From: Candidatus Poribacteria bacterium
Lineage (GTDB): Bacteria > Poribacteria > WGA-4E > WGA-3G
NCBI GenBank assembly: GCA_963665235.2
Contig: CAXXLX010000001.1
Span: forward strand, 1,792,001 to 1,856,000
Direction: 5' to 3'
DNA length: 64,000 bases
The notes beneath the pieces are model-generated. The model ran no database searches, was not told where the DNA came from, and was given only the letters and a program-made list of their open reading frames with translations. The first letter of the stretch is position 1. Every line of letters begins with the position of its first letter. Made by a program: the position numbers and the translations under genes. This document shows positions 10,010 to 21,107 of the stretch, in pieces.

Positions 10010-10123
10010 CAGGACTTACGCAAATTTAGCAGGACCATCGTAGGGGCGAGGTCACCTCGCCCGCTAGGTCTCACTTTAAATCCCATTATCTATGGACTTT
10101 ATCAACGCGCTGCGTAAGTCCTG
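10010..10123. mobile_element. MITE family D (TIR CAGGACTTACGCA) with internal GTAG-type hairpin
   Basis: CAGGACTTACGCA...TGCGTAAGTCCTG; siblings at 36725-36862 and 63575-63689. Confidence 0.8.
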
Positions 10124-11410
10124 CTCATAAGAAAATGGGAAGGCGCGTTACCTTCCCATTTTTTGATGTTCACTGTTTCCGAGGCTAAATATCCAGCAAG
10201 TCATTCAGGGAATCAAAGACTTTTTGGAAGCACTCAAGTTCTGGGTCGGTCAGATGGGTTTTAAGTGCATCAACGTTCGCACTGAAGTAGCGAGCGGGCC
10301 GGTAATGGTTGAACTTTGCTCCGTTTGGAAGTGGGTTATTCTTAAAGTAATCTTCAAGGCGACAAACAATACGCGGGGAACCCTGTTGTAGATTGTTCAC
10401 GCCCAAAGATGTCTCAAATTCCTCATTTACTAACCTCAGATAAAAATCAGGAGCAAACATATCCTCGATATCGGCTTCAGTGTTTCCTACAAAGTCAGCA
10501 TAAGTGAGGACCTGATTCTTCTTAAGTAATTTCTTCTTGTAAAGGCCTTCAATGCTTTGCCGATCTTTCTTCTGATAGTCAATGAGAGTCGCAATATTCA
10601 AATTCGTATTGGCCCCGATCAGGGCAACGAAGGTTGGGACTTTATCAGATCCTCCAACAGGCGTGATGGTCCAATCGTTACTGAGACCAGCTTTACCCTG
10701 TTGTTGGAGAAGGGCGGACATGATTTGGATATAAAGTAGATCTGATACCCCTTCTACAACAAGATTGTTCGGGCCAATAAAAAGCGTCTGATAAATTTCG
10801 TAACCGAGAGCACCTTGAAGTGGAAAAAGACTGTCCGGTATAGCTTCAAGCACTTCGGTGATAACTTTAGTCCCCTGCTGCTCATCCGAGAGGTTATCAG
10901 AGTCTGACTCAATGCTCAAGTCTTGCACAATTCGCACACGATCGAAATGCTTGGGGTCAACCATAAAGGGCGAATGGGTTGTATAGATGAGTTGATGATG
11001 AGGCGCGAGTTCTTCTTCAAAGTAGCGCAGAAGATCGCCTTGAGCTTTTGCATGAAGCGAGAGGCCTGGCTCATCCAAAAGCAGTATGAGATTTTGATTT
11101 TCTGAACGAAGTTTTTGATACCAAGCGAGAAAAGAGAAAAACCAAACAAAGCCGCGCGATCGAGTTCCAAGTAGAGTGCTGACGTAGTGTTTGGTGTCTT
11201 CTACACGGCCCCAGATATTTGTTCCGCTAGTCATATTTTGTGGATCTTCAGAGTGTGCTGGGCGAATGTCAAACTTCATACGAAGATGTTTGTTCTGAGA
11301 CCAATAAGGGAGCACATTTTCTGTGAGGGAGTTTCCAGCAGCTTCAAGTCGCGCAATTAGTGATTCTGTCTCAGGTGTTTTAATGATCTGGTCAAGTTTT
11401 AAACCTGCTA

Positions 11411-12641
11411 GTGCTAAGTCATGCGGTAATTGACGGATAAAGTTTTTTGGGTTTTATACGTGCATCGTCAGTTGTAAACCGCCAACTTATATCGGCACGT
11501 TGTTCGTTTCTTCGGTCTTGCCACGCCCGGATCTCCTTCTTTAGGGTCTCTTGGTCAGCAATACGCTTTGAAAGACAACCTCGAGATAGCACGGAGAGTT
11601 CAATCTCCGCCATATTCAACCAACTGCCATGCTTCGGGGTATAGTGAAACTCAAGTTTTTTCGCAATACGCCGGGCTTCATCGGGTTGAAAAGCTTTATA
11701 CAGCGAAGCGGTTTTATGTGTGTTGAGATTGTCACAAACGAGTGTAATCTTTTCAGCCTCCGGAAAATGGACATCAACTAAGTCTCGGCAAATGATGGCA
11801 AAGTCAATGCTTGTGCGTCTGTCGGTTACCTCAACGTGCCGAAATCCGTCAAAGGGTGCGAAAATCATGAACAGATTACTCACACCATTTCGCTGGTATT
11901 CATAATCATATCGGAGCGGAGCCCCTTCAACCATTGGTAAAGGACTTCGGGTTTCTTTGATGTGTTGTTTACTTGTTTCATCAACACAAACTACAGGATT
12001 TTTGGTATCTTGTGGACGCTGATAGACTTCGAGAACATCCTCCATCGCCGCAACGAACGCCGCATCTGCTTCCGGGGGAATACACCATTGCTTTTTTAGC
12101 CAAGGTCTAAGTTCGTTTTTTTTAGGACCCGGCGGATGGTCTCGTGAGATATGCTATCAAAATGTTCCAACTCTACCATCTTTTCCGCTAACAGTCGAAG
12201 CGTCCATCTCGCACACCCCTCTGGAGGTTCCGAGCAAACTAAAGCGATTAGATGCGCTTCTTTTTCACCATCAAACTTTTTGCCTGGGGTGTCTGAACGC
12301 TTCTTCGGGTTGAGTGCCGCGGTGAGATTTTCAAGCACAAAGGCTTTACGGGTTCTCTCAATAGTCGGTATTGAGACTTCAACAGCCTCTTTTATTTTAT
12401 CATCGGTGTAGGCGGGTACGAACTCGCCTTCATCGGCTTTCAAGAGGATCCTGGCACGGGTAAGTTTGCGTGCCGATTCTTTCCCAGAAGATATCAGAGT
12501 AATGAGATAATCTCGTTGGGACTTATCAAGCTTGACTTGATATTGTTTTGCTGCCATAATAGACTCCAAGTTATGAATAATCTTTTGAGTCTCATTATAC
12601 CATTTTTATCAATAACTATCAAACAGCTGTTGACTAAACAC
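11411..12641 (-). mobile_element. IS630-family insertion sequence
   Basis: TA target duplication (11409-11410 / 12642-12643); imperfect IRs GTGCTAAGTCA / TGACTAAACAC. Confidence 0.92.
11419..12569 (-). CDS. IS630 transposase in two ORFs (HTH 12096..12569; DDE 11419..12045), probably joined by a -1 frameshift
   Basis: VCVDET, DNLNTH, WLNMAEIE DDE motifs; A8 slippery run near 12116-12123. Confidence 0.9.
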
Positions 12642-13305
12642 TAGATGAATTAGCCCAAGTAGGGGATGGTCTGATTCATTAAGCGTATTATTTGCCTCTC
12701 GTTTTATGAGGCCCTCAATGTTTTCATGCCCCTTCAGTTGGTAGTACTCGTCGAAATAGAGGAACTTAGGAACGCGGGCAGTGAGATATTTCAAACCGGA
12801 CTCAGAGTTTGTACTTAAGCCATAGTATGTATTTTCGTCAGCGTTTACACTTAAGTCCTTGTCTACGAATTCTCTATTACTTATATATGAACTATTATAG
12901 ATAAGTTTGTTTGAGTATCCTTTATGAAGGGTAATGTTTGATAGTTTATCTTCAGGATATTCGGGTCCACAAAGTTCTTTAAGAGTATCTATCTCCTCGG
13001 AATCAAGTGTGTATGTGGCTTGGACAACTTCTGCTGGAGGTTCACCATCATCAATAGTCCTCTCGTAAGTCCTCAAGGTGCGGCGCGGATAGTCGACTAT
13101 AGCGGTGAAGTCTCCATCTTCCTCGTTGATTGGATTCAAACGGTAGAGTGCCTTTAGTAGGGCAGTCTTGCCTGATTCATTTTTCCCTACCAAGCAGGTA
13201 ACATCATCAATACTAAATTCAGTTGAGTCTTGAATGCTCTGAAAATTCGTAATACGGACCTTAGTAAGTTTCATGTTTTACCTCCAACTAACTCTGTTTT
13301 GCGGA

Positions 13306-14196
13306 TTACAATTCCCGGTAATCCCCTTTAAACACTTCTTTGACGTGCCAACCTATGAATTCTAATTCCGGGTAATAGGACTGTCTTTGTGGAAAGTTGA
13401 TTTTTTGCCCGTGGAAATCCATAAGCCACTCCTTAAAACCCTTTGTGCCATGTGCATCATCCGATACAAGAATTTCTAGATGTTTGGACAATGTAAAGGC
13501 TCCAAGGTCAAATAGTTTATGATGTAAGATACAAAGGGCTAATCCATTCACTTCTTTGTTAGGCCCACCATGTGATTTCCATTTGATATGAGCGGCTTCT
13601 AAGGCAAGAGGCATGGTTCCCAATTTTACATCAAAACCACAGACAGCACATTTATATTCGTAGGCTCTGATAACATTTATTCGGAAGTTGGATGGCCATA
13701 TTCTTGTGTCAAAACCTTGAAGTGGAAATTCAATACCAACGGCTTGTAAAATATCTTCGTGCAGTGAGGCAGTGAAGTGAGTGTTTAATAGGATCCGGAC
13801 TATTTCAAATGTCAGTTCAGAGTCATTTTGAAGATGCTCGAAAACAGTTTCGTTGAAACCTCCAGAAACATTATAGTTCCTTAAATCGGTTATGTATGCG
13901 TCCCCACTGGATGTTTGGCGAATTCTATTGGCATCGGATACTTCCCAAATTCCATCATTTTGTAGCCGCCAAAACGGGAATTGAGGGTTATAACGATCTC
14001 GTCTAGGCCCAAACTCTCTCAGTAGATTTTCGAGATTTTCCTCTATATCATCAGTATAAGAAATAAGTCTATCTTCACCCCGTAACAATTTGCCAATGGC
14101 GTACAGGATCAACAACGGTTTATGTGGTGCTCTTTCGTCTCCGCTTATCGACTGTCGCAGCGTTTGAAATCTCTGAAGAATTTGGTCCCTGGTCAT
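13306..14196 (-). CDS. SBD-HNH endonuclease (phosphorothioated-DNA-binding restriction endonuclease-like)
   Basis: N-terminal APHKPLLIL and PFWRLQNDGIW (sulfur-binding-domain-like); CAVCG...EAAHIK...NGLALCILHHKLFDLG HNH. Confidence 0.85.
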   Translation of the reverse strand: MTRDQILQRFQTLRQSISGDERAPHKPLLILYAIGKLLRGEDRLISYTDDIEENLENLLREFGPRRDRYNPQFPFWRLQNDGIWEVSDANRIRQTSSGDAYITDLRNYNVSGGFNETVFEHLQNDSELTFEIVRILLNTHFTASLHEDILQAVGIEFPLQGFDTRIWPSNFRINVIRAYEYKCAVCGFDVKLGTMPLALEAAHIKWKSHGGPNKEVNGLALCILHHKLFDLGAFTLSKHLEILVSDDAHGTKGFKEWLMDFHGQKINFPQRQSYYPELEFIGWHVKEVFKGDYREL

Positions 14197-14212
14197 TGGT
14201 AATCCCTAAGTA

Positions 14213-14332
14213 TTATTTATGACAAATTAGGCATAGTTCCTCATCGCCCTCATCATTGTGGACATCGGAATTTTTATCAGGCGACGATTCGGTTTCGCCT
14301 TTTTCCGGATTTGCCTTAACCTAACCTAGCAT
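14213..14332 (-). pseudogene. Degenerate copy of the sspD-like 3' end with its own RBS and ATG
   Basis: GAGGA-ATG then MLG*VKANPEK...DVHNDEGDEELCLICHK*. Confidence 0.85.
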
Positions 14333-14371
14333 GTGTCCTCTTCCGTAGGTTGATACTATACATCTTACGAA

Positions 14372-14400
14372 ATTATACCACATATATGCAAAAGAGTCAA
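14372..14400 (-). promoter_or_regulatory. sigma70-type promoter (extended -10)
   Basis: TTGACT-17 bp-TATAAT with TG; homologous to 9068-9096. Confidence 0.75.
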
Positions 14401-14416
14401 AAAATATTTTTACAAA

Positions 14417-15155
14417 GGGTGTGTAAAGTTTTTGTACAAAACCGGTGTAAATGTTACACTTTTGACACAAAGTGTAACATTTACTTCTCAGTGCTGCAGT
14501 CGCACAAACTCACGCCACGTCTATGTTTTCAAGCGGTTTCGACCCGTCTTTTTCACAACACAAAAAAAATGAAGTGTGTCATTTCGACCACCGGTTTTCG
14601 TTTATCAGTTCTGCCTACTTTTCTTACCGATGTGTCTGCTATTTTTCTCTGCCGCTCCGGTGTAAATGTTACACTTTTGACACAAAGTGTAACATTCGCT
14701 TCTCGGTGCTGCAGTCGCACAAACTCACGCTACGTCTATGTTTTCAAGCGATTTACCCCTATCTTTTTCGCAACACAAAAAAAACAAAATGTGTCATTTC
14801 AACCGCAGATTTCAGGTATCAGTTCTGCCTACTTTTCTTATCGTTCTGCCTCCTATTTTTTGTGCTATTTGTGTGCAAATGTTACACTTTCGACACAAAA
14901 TGTAACATTTGGTTCTCGGTGCTGAATGTGCCCAAACGCCTGACCCATCTATGTTTGTCTGCCGTTTACACCCCCCCTTGGACGATTTTCAAAAAAAAGA
15001 AATGTGACACTTTCGCTATCGATGTCTGGTCAGGTGAGTTGCAAACCGTGCCGCTTTCCTCCGAAAAATGTTTTGGTTCTCTGTTATGTTAGTTGCAAAT
15101 GGTTTGATTTTTCTTCATAAAAAATATCGCAGACGTACAAAAACTTTACACACCC
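14417..15155. mobile_element. MITE family B (TIR GGGTGTGTAAAGTTTTTGTAC) with internal ~220-bp tandem repeats
   Basis: 21-bp TIR; TTTTACAA on both flanks (likely TSD); first ~200 bp nearly identical to 57365-57590. Confidence 0.8.
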
Positions 15156-15348
15156 ATTTTACAAATGATTTTTTTCTTCTGTTGAAAACAGAATTGAAAA
15201 TCTGAATAGCGGATTATTGCATAGTAGTTTGGTATCGGAATAGGTTTCTCTGCTGGGTTCTGTGCTTGTCTTTCTATGTGAAAAAGGTTGCCGCCGTTCG
15301 CGACGGCGGCGATTCTTCTGGGCCATATTCTGCAATTGGTTGCTTCGT

Positions 15349-16434
15349 TCAACTTAACGCTTGCTCCAGTTTTGCCCCAGTACTTTCAGGCGGCAGCCTA
15401 CGAATCATGTCATCTGCCATAGCTTTTCCGCCAACTTCCCCAGTCCTGCCTTTGTATTCTCCATCCTTACGCCAGTCTATTCCGGACACAGCTTCGACGA
15501 GCCGCTTAACGTTGTCCCAATTCATACCCATCTCCTCGCTATAACTACGCGAAAAAATGTGTGCCCCTGTATGCGCCCACGCTATGAAACCTGTTAACTC
15601 AAGCAGTTTATACTTGAAGGCATACCTTGGGCTGCCCTTTATTTCGGGATTATCGAGTTTCTCAATATCCGACCATTCCTCATAAAGCTGGTCAGCAATT
15701 ATCGTCCAAAACCGGGACATGAATTCAATCTTTTGACTAACATCTAAGTCTTGAACAGCCCCAATAGAAAACAAGCGTTTAACCTGCTTTTCTACACTAT
15801 TAAGATTGAAAAGATGCATGCGCTGCATGCTAGTACGGGTAATCCTTCCCTTAAATAGACTGTCGGATTCTTCGTTGAGCCCCCACCCAACTTGCACTTC
15901 ATCTGTATCTTCTAGATATGCAGTCAGTGCCTTAGGCACTCCCTTTTGGGAGTTATTGACGACGACAAACTCCTGCTTTTCCTGCTCAAGAGTGAGATCA
16001 GGCAAAAGGATGAAGGAGATGTCACGTACATCGTCTTCGGATTCATACAAATCCACAAAACCACCAAGACGATGCTGCCCATCAACAATAGCTGCCCGCG
16101 CTTGGATGATAAGCCGCCCCGAATCTTGTTCATGTCCGCCGGGTTCAAATTGCCAATTTCCGCGTCCAGAAAGAAGGACCGGCGGCACCACGCTGTTTGG
16201 GTTCTCCTTAAGGAACCGGGCGAAGGCTCTCATTCGCGATAGTGAGCCGGGCCGCTGGTAACCTTCTTCTACAACCTCATTAAGACATGTCTTGGAACTG
16301 GGTTCAATGACCGGAACAAAAGTCACGTTCTTAACCTTATCTGAAGGAATTGTCCCAAATAGGTACTTCTGGTCCCCTTGAGTCTTCTGGATGACTCCGT
16401 TAATTTCGCCAATTCCGTTAATCTCGTTGTTCAT
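15349..16434 (-). CDS. DGQHR domain protein (DndB-like)
   Basis: GYQR and IVDGQHRL motifs; F..VNNSQKGV. Confidence 0.88.
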   Translation of the reverse strand: MNNEINGIGEINGVIQKTQGDQKYLFGTIPSDKVKNVTFVPVIEPSSKTCLNEVVEEGYQRPGSLSRMRAFARFLKENPNSVVPPVLLSGRGNWQFEPGGHEQDSGRLIIQARAAIVDGQHRLGGFVDLYESEDDVRDISFILLPDLTLEQEKQEFVVVNNSQKGVPKALTAYLEDTDEVQVGWGLNEESDSLFKGRITRTSMQRMHLFNLNSVEKQVKRLFSIGAVQDLDVSQKIEFMSRFWTIIADQLYEEWSDIEKLDNPEIKGSPRYAFKYKLLELTGFIAWAHTGAHIFSRSYSEEMGMNWDNVKRLVEAVSGIDWRKDGEYKGRTGEVGGKAMADDMIRRLPPESTGAKLEQALS

Positions 16435-16437
16435 TAT

Positions 16438-17802
16438 TTAACTCCTTTCAACCCGAAGGTTTGGAATATACGATAGTACAACTACAAAAAAAGATTCGTC
16501 GTCTTGATACTCAAATAACCATTCATTCCTTTTACGTAAGTTTGCAGCGAATCCGCTATGGCGGAAATCCCAGCAGATTACGAGGTTTACTTGATTATGA
16601 GGATGGTTATGATCAAAAAAGCTCTCAAAATAATGCTCCACTTCGATTGCTACGAACATAGATTGAACGTCAACTTCTCTTATTTGGTATGACGCTATTG
16701 CATCTATTCCTGATCGGGCCGTGTATTCCCATAAGCAAAATTCATGAAAAGGAAGTGCATTAAGGGCTTCTAGTTTGGCTAACAAAACAAGCACCTCATT
16801 CTCATTTGAAGGTACGAGCATCACCGGTTTATCATTAAAGATAATTCTGTCTCCTTTCCGTGCTCGTTCCTGCCTTTGCTTCAGGCTATCCGCGGCTCTA
16901 CTTTGTCGTTCCCACTGAATTTTTTGCTCATAGTCCTTGAAACAATTTGATTCTGTAACTAAAATTAGAGCACTTCTAACAGAATCAATCAATTTGTTAA
17001 TAAGCTCACTTGTGCGATCTAGCTGCACTGCGGTCTGCCTTAAGTTTTCGCTGCTGACTTCCACAATCCAATGTGCACTTTCAGTATCACTTGTCAGCCA
17101 GTTCTTCTGTTCCGGGACAAGTGGGCCGGACCTGGTGTATATCTCATCATCTTTAAGCAATGGAGAAGTATAAAAATTAGCCTGCCCTATATGTTTCCCA
17201 TTTGTATCGGACAAATTTACCTGGGTAGTGAAACTGTCTGTGGCTCCCAATTTAATTTTGTATCGACTTTCCGGGTGGATCAATTGCTCATTCCCAAACA
17301 CCTGCCAACGAATGGAGTACTCTGATTCTGCAAAATCTGACGACCCGAACCAAGTGTTTTCCAAAAAGTAGGAATGAACAGCGGAATCTTTTTGGATTTC
17401 TGATGGTACAGAGTTGGACTGCCAAAATCCCTCTAATCTTAAGAGAAAATTTTCTTTCAAATCCGAATGCTGAAGTGTCATTAAATTTAAGGCTGGTGGA
17501 TTCTTGAGAAGCTCGGTAGTATTTCCAGTGAAATATTTTCCCATTTGACGCAAATAGAATGCATCAGCAAAAAAAATTTCTTCCAACGAACCATCAAGTA
17601 ATATCAGAGCATCCTCGTCAGAAACAGTGGTATCACAGTTGATTTTCACGGTTGTTCGGCCCAGACCATCAAAAGTGAATTTAAAGGTCCAGCAGCATGG
17701 CGGAAAGCGATTGACGAGTTCAGCTATCCGTAGTGGATTAGAATTATTATTGAGATGCTCAGAAATTTCAGACCAAGTTCGCTTTAGATTTAACTCAATC
17801 AT
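16438..17802 (-). CDS. Hypothetical protein with putative C-terminal PD-(D/E)XK-like nuclease
   Basis: PSNENEV...GIDAI...IEVE...HNHP...VICWD resembles restriction-fold domains. Confidence 0.55.
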   Translation of the reverse strand: MIELNLKRTWSEISEHLNNNSNPLRIAELVNRFPPCCWTFKFTFDGLGRTTVKINCDTTVSDEDALILLDGSLEEIFFADAFYLRQMGKYFTGNTTELLKNPPALNLMTLQHSDLKENFLLRLEGFWQSNSVPSEIQKDSAVHSYFLENTWFGSSDFAESEYSIRWQVFGNEQLIHPESRYKIKLGATDSFTTQVNLSDTNGKHIGQANFYTSPLLKDDEIYTRSGPLVPEQKNWLTSDTESAHWIVEVSSENLRQTAVQLDRTSELINKLIDSVRSALILVTESNCFKDYEQKIQWERQSRAADSLKQRQERARKGDRIIFNDKPVMLVPSNENEVLVLLAKLEALNALPFHEFCLWEYTARSGIDAIASYQIREVDVQSMFVAIEVEHYFESFFDHNHPHNQVNLVICWDFRHSGFAANLRKRNEWLFEYQDDESFFVVVLSYIPNLRVERS

Positions 17803-18086
17803 TCCAACTCCTCAATCTCGTATCTTGCCATCGAATTCCCGCTCTCTTTACGAATACGTAACTTAATTCCCTTAAAGAGGTCTGAGCTTTTCAGCAGTTC
17901 TTCGAGCGGTTCACTTAACGACTTCGCTGATATGTAAAATAGATACTCAACACTTGTTCTAATCTTCTGGACATGCAGAATAGGAACATACCCCTTAAAT
18001 GTTAAGACGACATTGGGTTCATATATGATTTCAAGTTCTATCTAGCCTATGCCGACTTTTAGTGAGCTCGGATTTTCATTTGACAT
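17799..18086 (-). pseudogene. ~95-codon small gene with a premature TAG at codon 15 (absent from the ORF track)
   Basis: GGAGGG RBS, ATG at 18086, TAG at 18042-18044, then open to a TGA overlapping the ATG of 16438..17802. Confidence 0.7.
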
Positions 18087-18194
18087 AGCTATACCCTCCG
18101 ATTTTATAAACAGGCCTTGTACAAGAGGAGACTCACAGGATTGAACGCAACCGTTATTACAAACGACATCATCTCCTGCCTACACATCCCATTG

Positions 18195-18704
18195 TCATGC
18201 TCCACTGAGTACTGCAACAAGTCTGCTATCATCCGGGGGGTCCTTCACAGAATCCTCAGAGCACAATAGGTCATCAAGTGCATCAGAGAGATTCCATATT
18301 GGCGGTTGATTGCCCTCGCGTAGCATTTCCACAACGTAGGGAACCCCAGCTGCAGCCAGAGCGTTGGCAATATCCATCATCCGGCGCGGTTCTTGGACAA
18401 TCTCAAGGTTTCCATCAATAGCTATAGCAACAAGCATTATCGCCTGCGCTTGCCAACCATCTGTGTTGAAGATTGCACCGTTAATAATATCAACAGTTTC
18501 CTGCTTTTTTAAATCAACCGGTTCAAGATTCTTACGCGCAGCAAGTGAGAATCCCGTGAACCAGAGATCTACCTTCCGTGGAAAGGGACTTTGATTAGGA
18601 GTTGTACGTCCGCCTGCCTGACAGTAGCGGTCATAATCAGCACGCTGCGCACTAGGTGCGGTTAGTTGCATGTTGACGAAAGGATTGCTGTCTTGATGTG
18701 TCAT
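18195..18704 (-). CDS. Hypothetical protein (DndE-like position, partner of the SMC-like ATPase)
   Basis: AGGAGG RBS; 169 aa; directly downstream of the ATPase; function inferred from position only. Confidence 0.6.
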   Translation of the reverse strand: MTHQDSNPFVNMQLTAPSAQRADYDRYCQAGGRTTPNQSPFPRKVDLWFTGFSLAARKNLEPVDLKKQETVDIINGAIFNTDGWQAQAIMLVAIAIDGNLEIVQEPRRMMDIANALAAAGVPYVVEMLREGNQPPIWNLSDALDDLLCSEDSVKDPPDDSRLVAVLSGA

Positions 18705-18721
18705 ATTGTCCTCCTAATAGC

Positions 18722-20848
18722 CTAGTTTTGGTTTCCCTCAACATCTACTCGCCGCTTGCATAATTCACATTCCTGGCGGTGGTTACACTCGCAGCGCAAC
18801 GCCTGCTGCGCTTCCACCTGCGGCTTATTCACTAATATTTTGGGATAATGGGCGGAATTTGTCAGTGTTATTACCTGTCCAACTTCGGCATCCAAGATAT
18901 CTTCGCAGCCTGCAATCTCTGCGCGCGTCAGAAATAAGATAAGTTGTGAACTTTCGCGGATAGCGGTTTTGAGCACTGATCTCTTGACATAACCACTCAT
19001 CATTCCGAGCGGTGTGTCGATTATATTGGGTGCTTTGACTTCACTCACCTTTGTCAGTGCAAGAATAAAGGCAATAGTCAGCGCGCGGCGTGAAGCTCCA
19101 TTCAGGTCTCGGTCAGGGTTTAGAGACGTGTTATTGGGTCCGGAGACCAAAATATCAAACGCTTCGCTGATCTCCGCTTTCCGAATAATTGCCCCCTGTT
19201 CCGGATCGGCACCAATCATCTCCAAGAAGATAGCGTTCATCAATGTACCTACCTTAGCCAATTCCTCATCTGTAATTCGGTTGCAGGAATTCTGAAGTGC
19301 CTGTTCTACATCTCGCGCTACATATAGCCTAGCTAAAGTGAGATTACCTTTCCTTTGCTTAGCGATAAGGTTGTTACGCTCTGCGGTCAAAGACCTATGC
19401 TTTTTCTGTAGAACTTGAAGATCAACTTCACATTCTCTAAGGGTGTTATTGAAGCGAGTTTGCTGCTCAACACATTGCTGTTTATGCAAGCGGAGTTCTT
19501 GAATGTCAATATCCCCTATACCCTCAAGTTTAACTTCAAGTGCCTTGCGCCTTTTCTCTGCCTCTTCGCGTGGTCTTTCAAGTTCATCGCGGCGATTTGA
19601 GATTTCAGCGTACTCAGCAACCCAATCCTCATTAGCGTTCATCTTATTTGGATTTAGGTCCAACGAGCGGTAATAAAGATCCGTGAGCCTCCTTTGGAGT
19701 TCGTCTGCTTTTTGACTTTCCTCAATCAGATGCTGAATATGGTTTCTTCGCTGCTTTCCATTATTTGAAAGTTCATTAAGTGATTCGCCGCAGATACACG
19801 TACTACCCAGGAGACGCTCCTCGAGCACAGGAATCGTTGCACTAGGAAGTTTACCTTCGGCTCGCAACGCGTCTAACTTCTCAAAGCTTTTTGCTAAGAG
19901 CGGTGCAAGCAGATCTCGGGATAAGGAGAGGTTTCTAAACAATTGTGAATGTGCTTTTTCTATATCAGCTTCCAGCTCTGCAATCCGTTTTAGTTTTGAC
20001 GCTGTCTGCTTTAGTTCACGTTCAAGCTCTTCTCGGTTTCCCCTAAGTAATGCTGCTTCAATGTCTTTATCAATTTCGGGCAGCCTATGAGTTACCTTGT
20101 CGAGTTGTAATTTCGCGTCATCCCTTTTTTTCTCAAGGTCCAAGATTTTCTTATCTAGTTGTTCCAATTCTGTAGCGGTTTCCGCGAGTTCCGCTTTATC
20201 GGAATCCAAATTCTTTGCATCCTTGTTAAGCTCAGCAGCCGCTCCTTTCAAATGCTTAAGGGCGGCTTCAATCGCTTCAATTCCCAACAGTGATCGAATT
20301 GCTTTCCGAACCTGATTACGCTTGTCCGTTAGCGATTCCGCCTCAATAAAACTCAGTGCTCGGTCGCCATCAGTGAAAAACACTTCCCGTAACTCAAAAC
20401 GTAGTAGTTCATTCTGAATCCAAGCATCAGGTGGATCTATAGGTTCAGCACCAATATCTGTTATCTTAAACAACTTTACTTCTGATGTCGGGTTTGCACC
20501 ATTTAGTGTCTGCTCCCGTATAATACGGTATTGACTCACGGTTTCTCTTGAGTTTATATTCCGGCTCAATTGAGATGTCTTTTTCTCAAAGTCAACCTGT
20601 ACGGATATCGTAATTTTGCTTCCTTTTGACGTATCCCAATCGATCGGATGTAGGCGGTACTTCTTGCCCTTTTCCGGCAATACGGCGTTACCGTAGAAAG
20701 CCCATTGGAGTGCGTTTAAAATCGTGGTTTTCCCGGTGTCATTTTCCGCTCGAATAACCGTTAGTTTTTTCTCACTATCTGTTGAGAAATCTAATCTTAA
20801 GTCTCGGAGCAGCCGAAAATTTTTAAATTCCGCGCTGATGAGTTTCAT
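18722..20848 (-). CDS. SMC/Rad50-like coiled-coil ABC ATPase (DndD-like, CxC type)
   Basis: AENDTGKTT Walker A; long coiled coil with CICG hook; LNGASRR signature; IIDTPLG Walker B; C-terminal CECNHRQECELC. Confidence 0.88.
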   Translation of the reverse strand: MKLISAEFKNFRLLRDLRLDFSTDSEKKLTVIRAENDTGKTTILNALQWAFYGNAVLPEKGKKYRLHPIDWDTSKGSKITISVQVDFEKKTSQLSRNINSRETVSQYRIIREQTLNGANPTSEVKLFKITDIGAEPIDPPDAWIQNELLRFELREVFFTDGDRALSFIEAESLTDKRNQVRKAIRSLLGIEAIEAALKHLKGAAAELNKDAKNLDSDKAELAETATELEQLDKKILDLEKKRDDAKLQLDKVTHRLPEIDKDIEAALLRGNREELERELKQTASKLKRIAELEADIEKAHSQLFRNLSLSRDLLAPLLAKSFEKLDALRAEGKLPSATIPVLEERLLGSTCICGESLNELSNNGKQRRNHIQHLIEESQKADELQRRLTDLYYRSLDLNPNKMNANEDWVAEYAEISNRRDELERPREEAEKRRKALEVKLEGIGDIDIQELRLHKQQCVEQQTRFNNTLRECEVDLQVLQKKHRSLTAERNNLIAKQRKGNLTLARLYVARDVEQALQNSCNRITDEELAKVGTLMNAIFLEMIGADPEQGAIIRKAEISEAFDILVSGPNNTSLNPDRDLNGASRRALTIAFILALTKVSEVKAPNIIDTPLGMMSGYVKRSVLKTAIRESSQLILFLTRAEIAGCEDILDAEVGQVITLTNSAHYPKILVNKPQVEAQQALRCECNHRQECELCKRRVDVEGNQN

Positions 20849-21107
20849 GAGATTTCTCCTTTTCTATTTCGGATATGTTCAGCTTCTCCATGAGAAAATC
20901 GCCTGCCTTGTAGCATATCTCGTTTACTTGTTTCTGAATATGTGTGCTTTGCACAAGATTTTTCTTCTCTGCCTGAAGGATTTCGACTATAACATCAACA
21001 AGTTTTTTCTCATATCCTTCATACCTCTCCTCAAGGAATTCACACTCCCTGAGAATAAGGTTTGCCATCTTTTGCGGGTTGAATGACATAATTCCCCCTT
21101 TATCCAT
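20823..21107 (-). CDS. Small helical protein associated with the CxC ATPase
   Basis: Overlaps both neighbours (operonic); ~90 aa. Confidence 0.65.
   Translation of the reverse strand: MDKGGIMSFNPQKMANLILRECEFLEERYEGYEKKLVDVIVEILQAEKKNLVQSTHIQKQVNEICYKAGDFLMEKLNISEIEKEKSHETHQRGI

Larger units (their letters stand above)
10185..13274 (-). pseudogene. OLD/AAA_15-type ABC ATPase with C-terminal TOPRIM-like nuclease, interrupted by IS630
   Basis: N-part has GKNESGKT (Walker A); C-part has LLLLDEPGLSLH, YTTHSPF, VVEGVSD. Removing 11411-12641 plus one TA restores ...IHL|AGLKL... in frame (~618 aa). Confidence 0.88.

Noticed and set aside
14350-15092. ORFs of 191 and 189 aa
   Set aside because: They lie within the internally repeated MITE B and have repetitive, implausible composition
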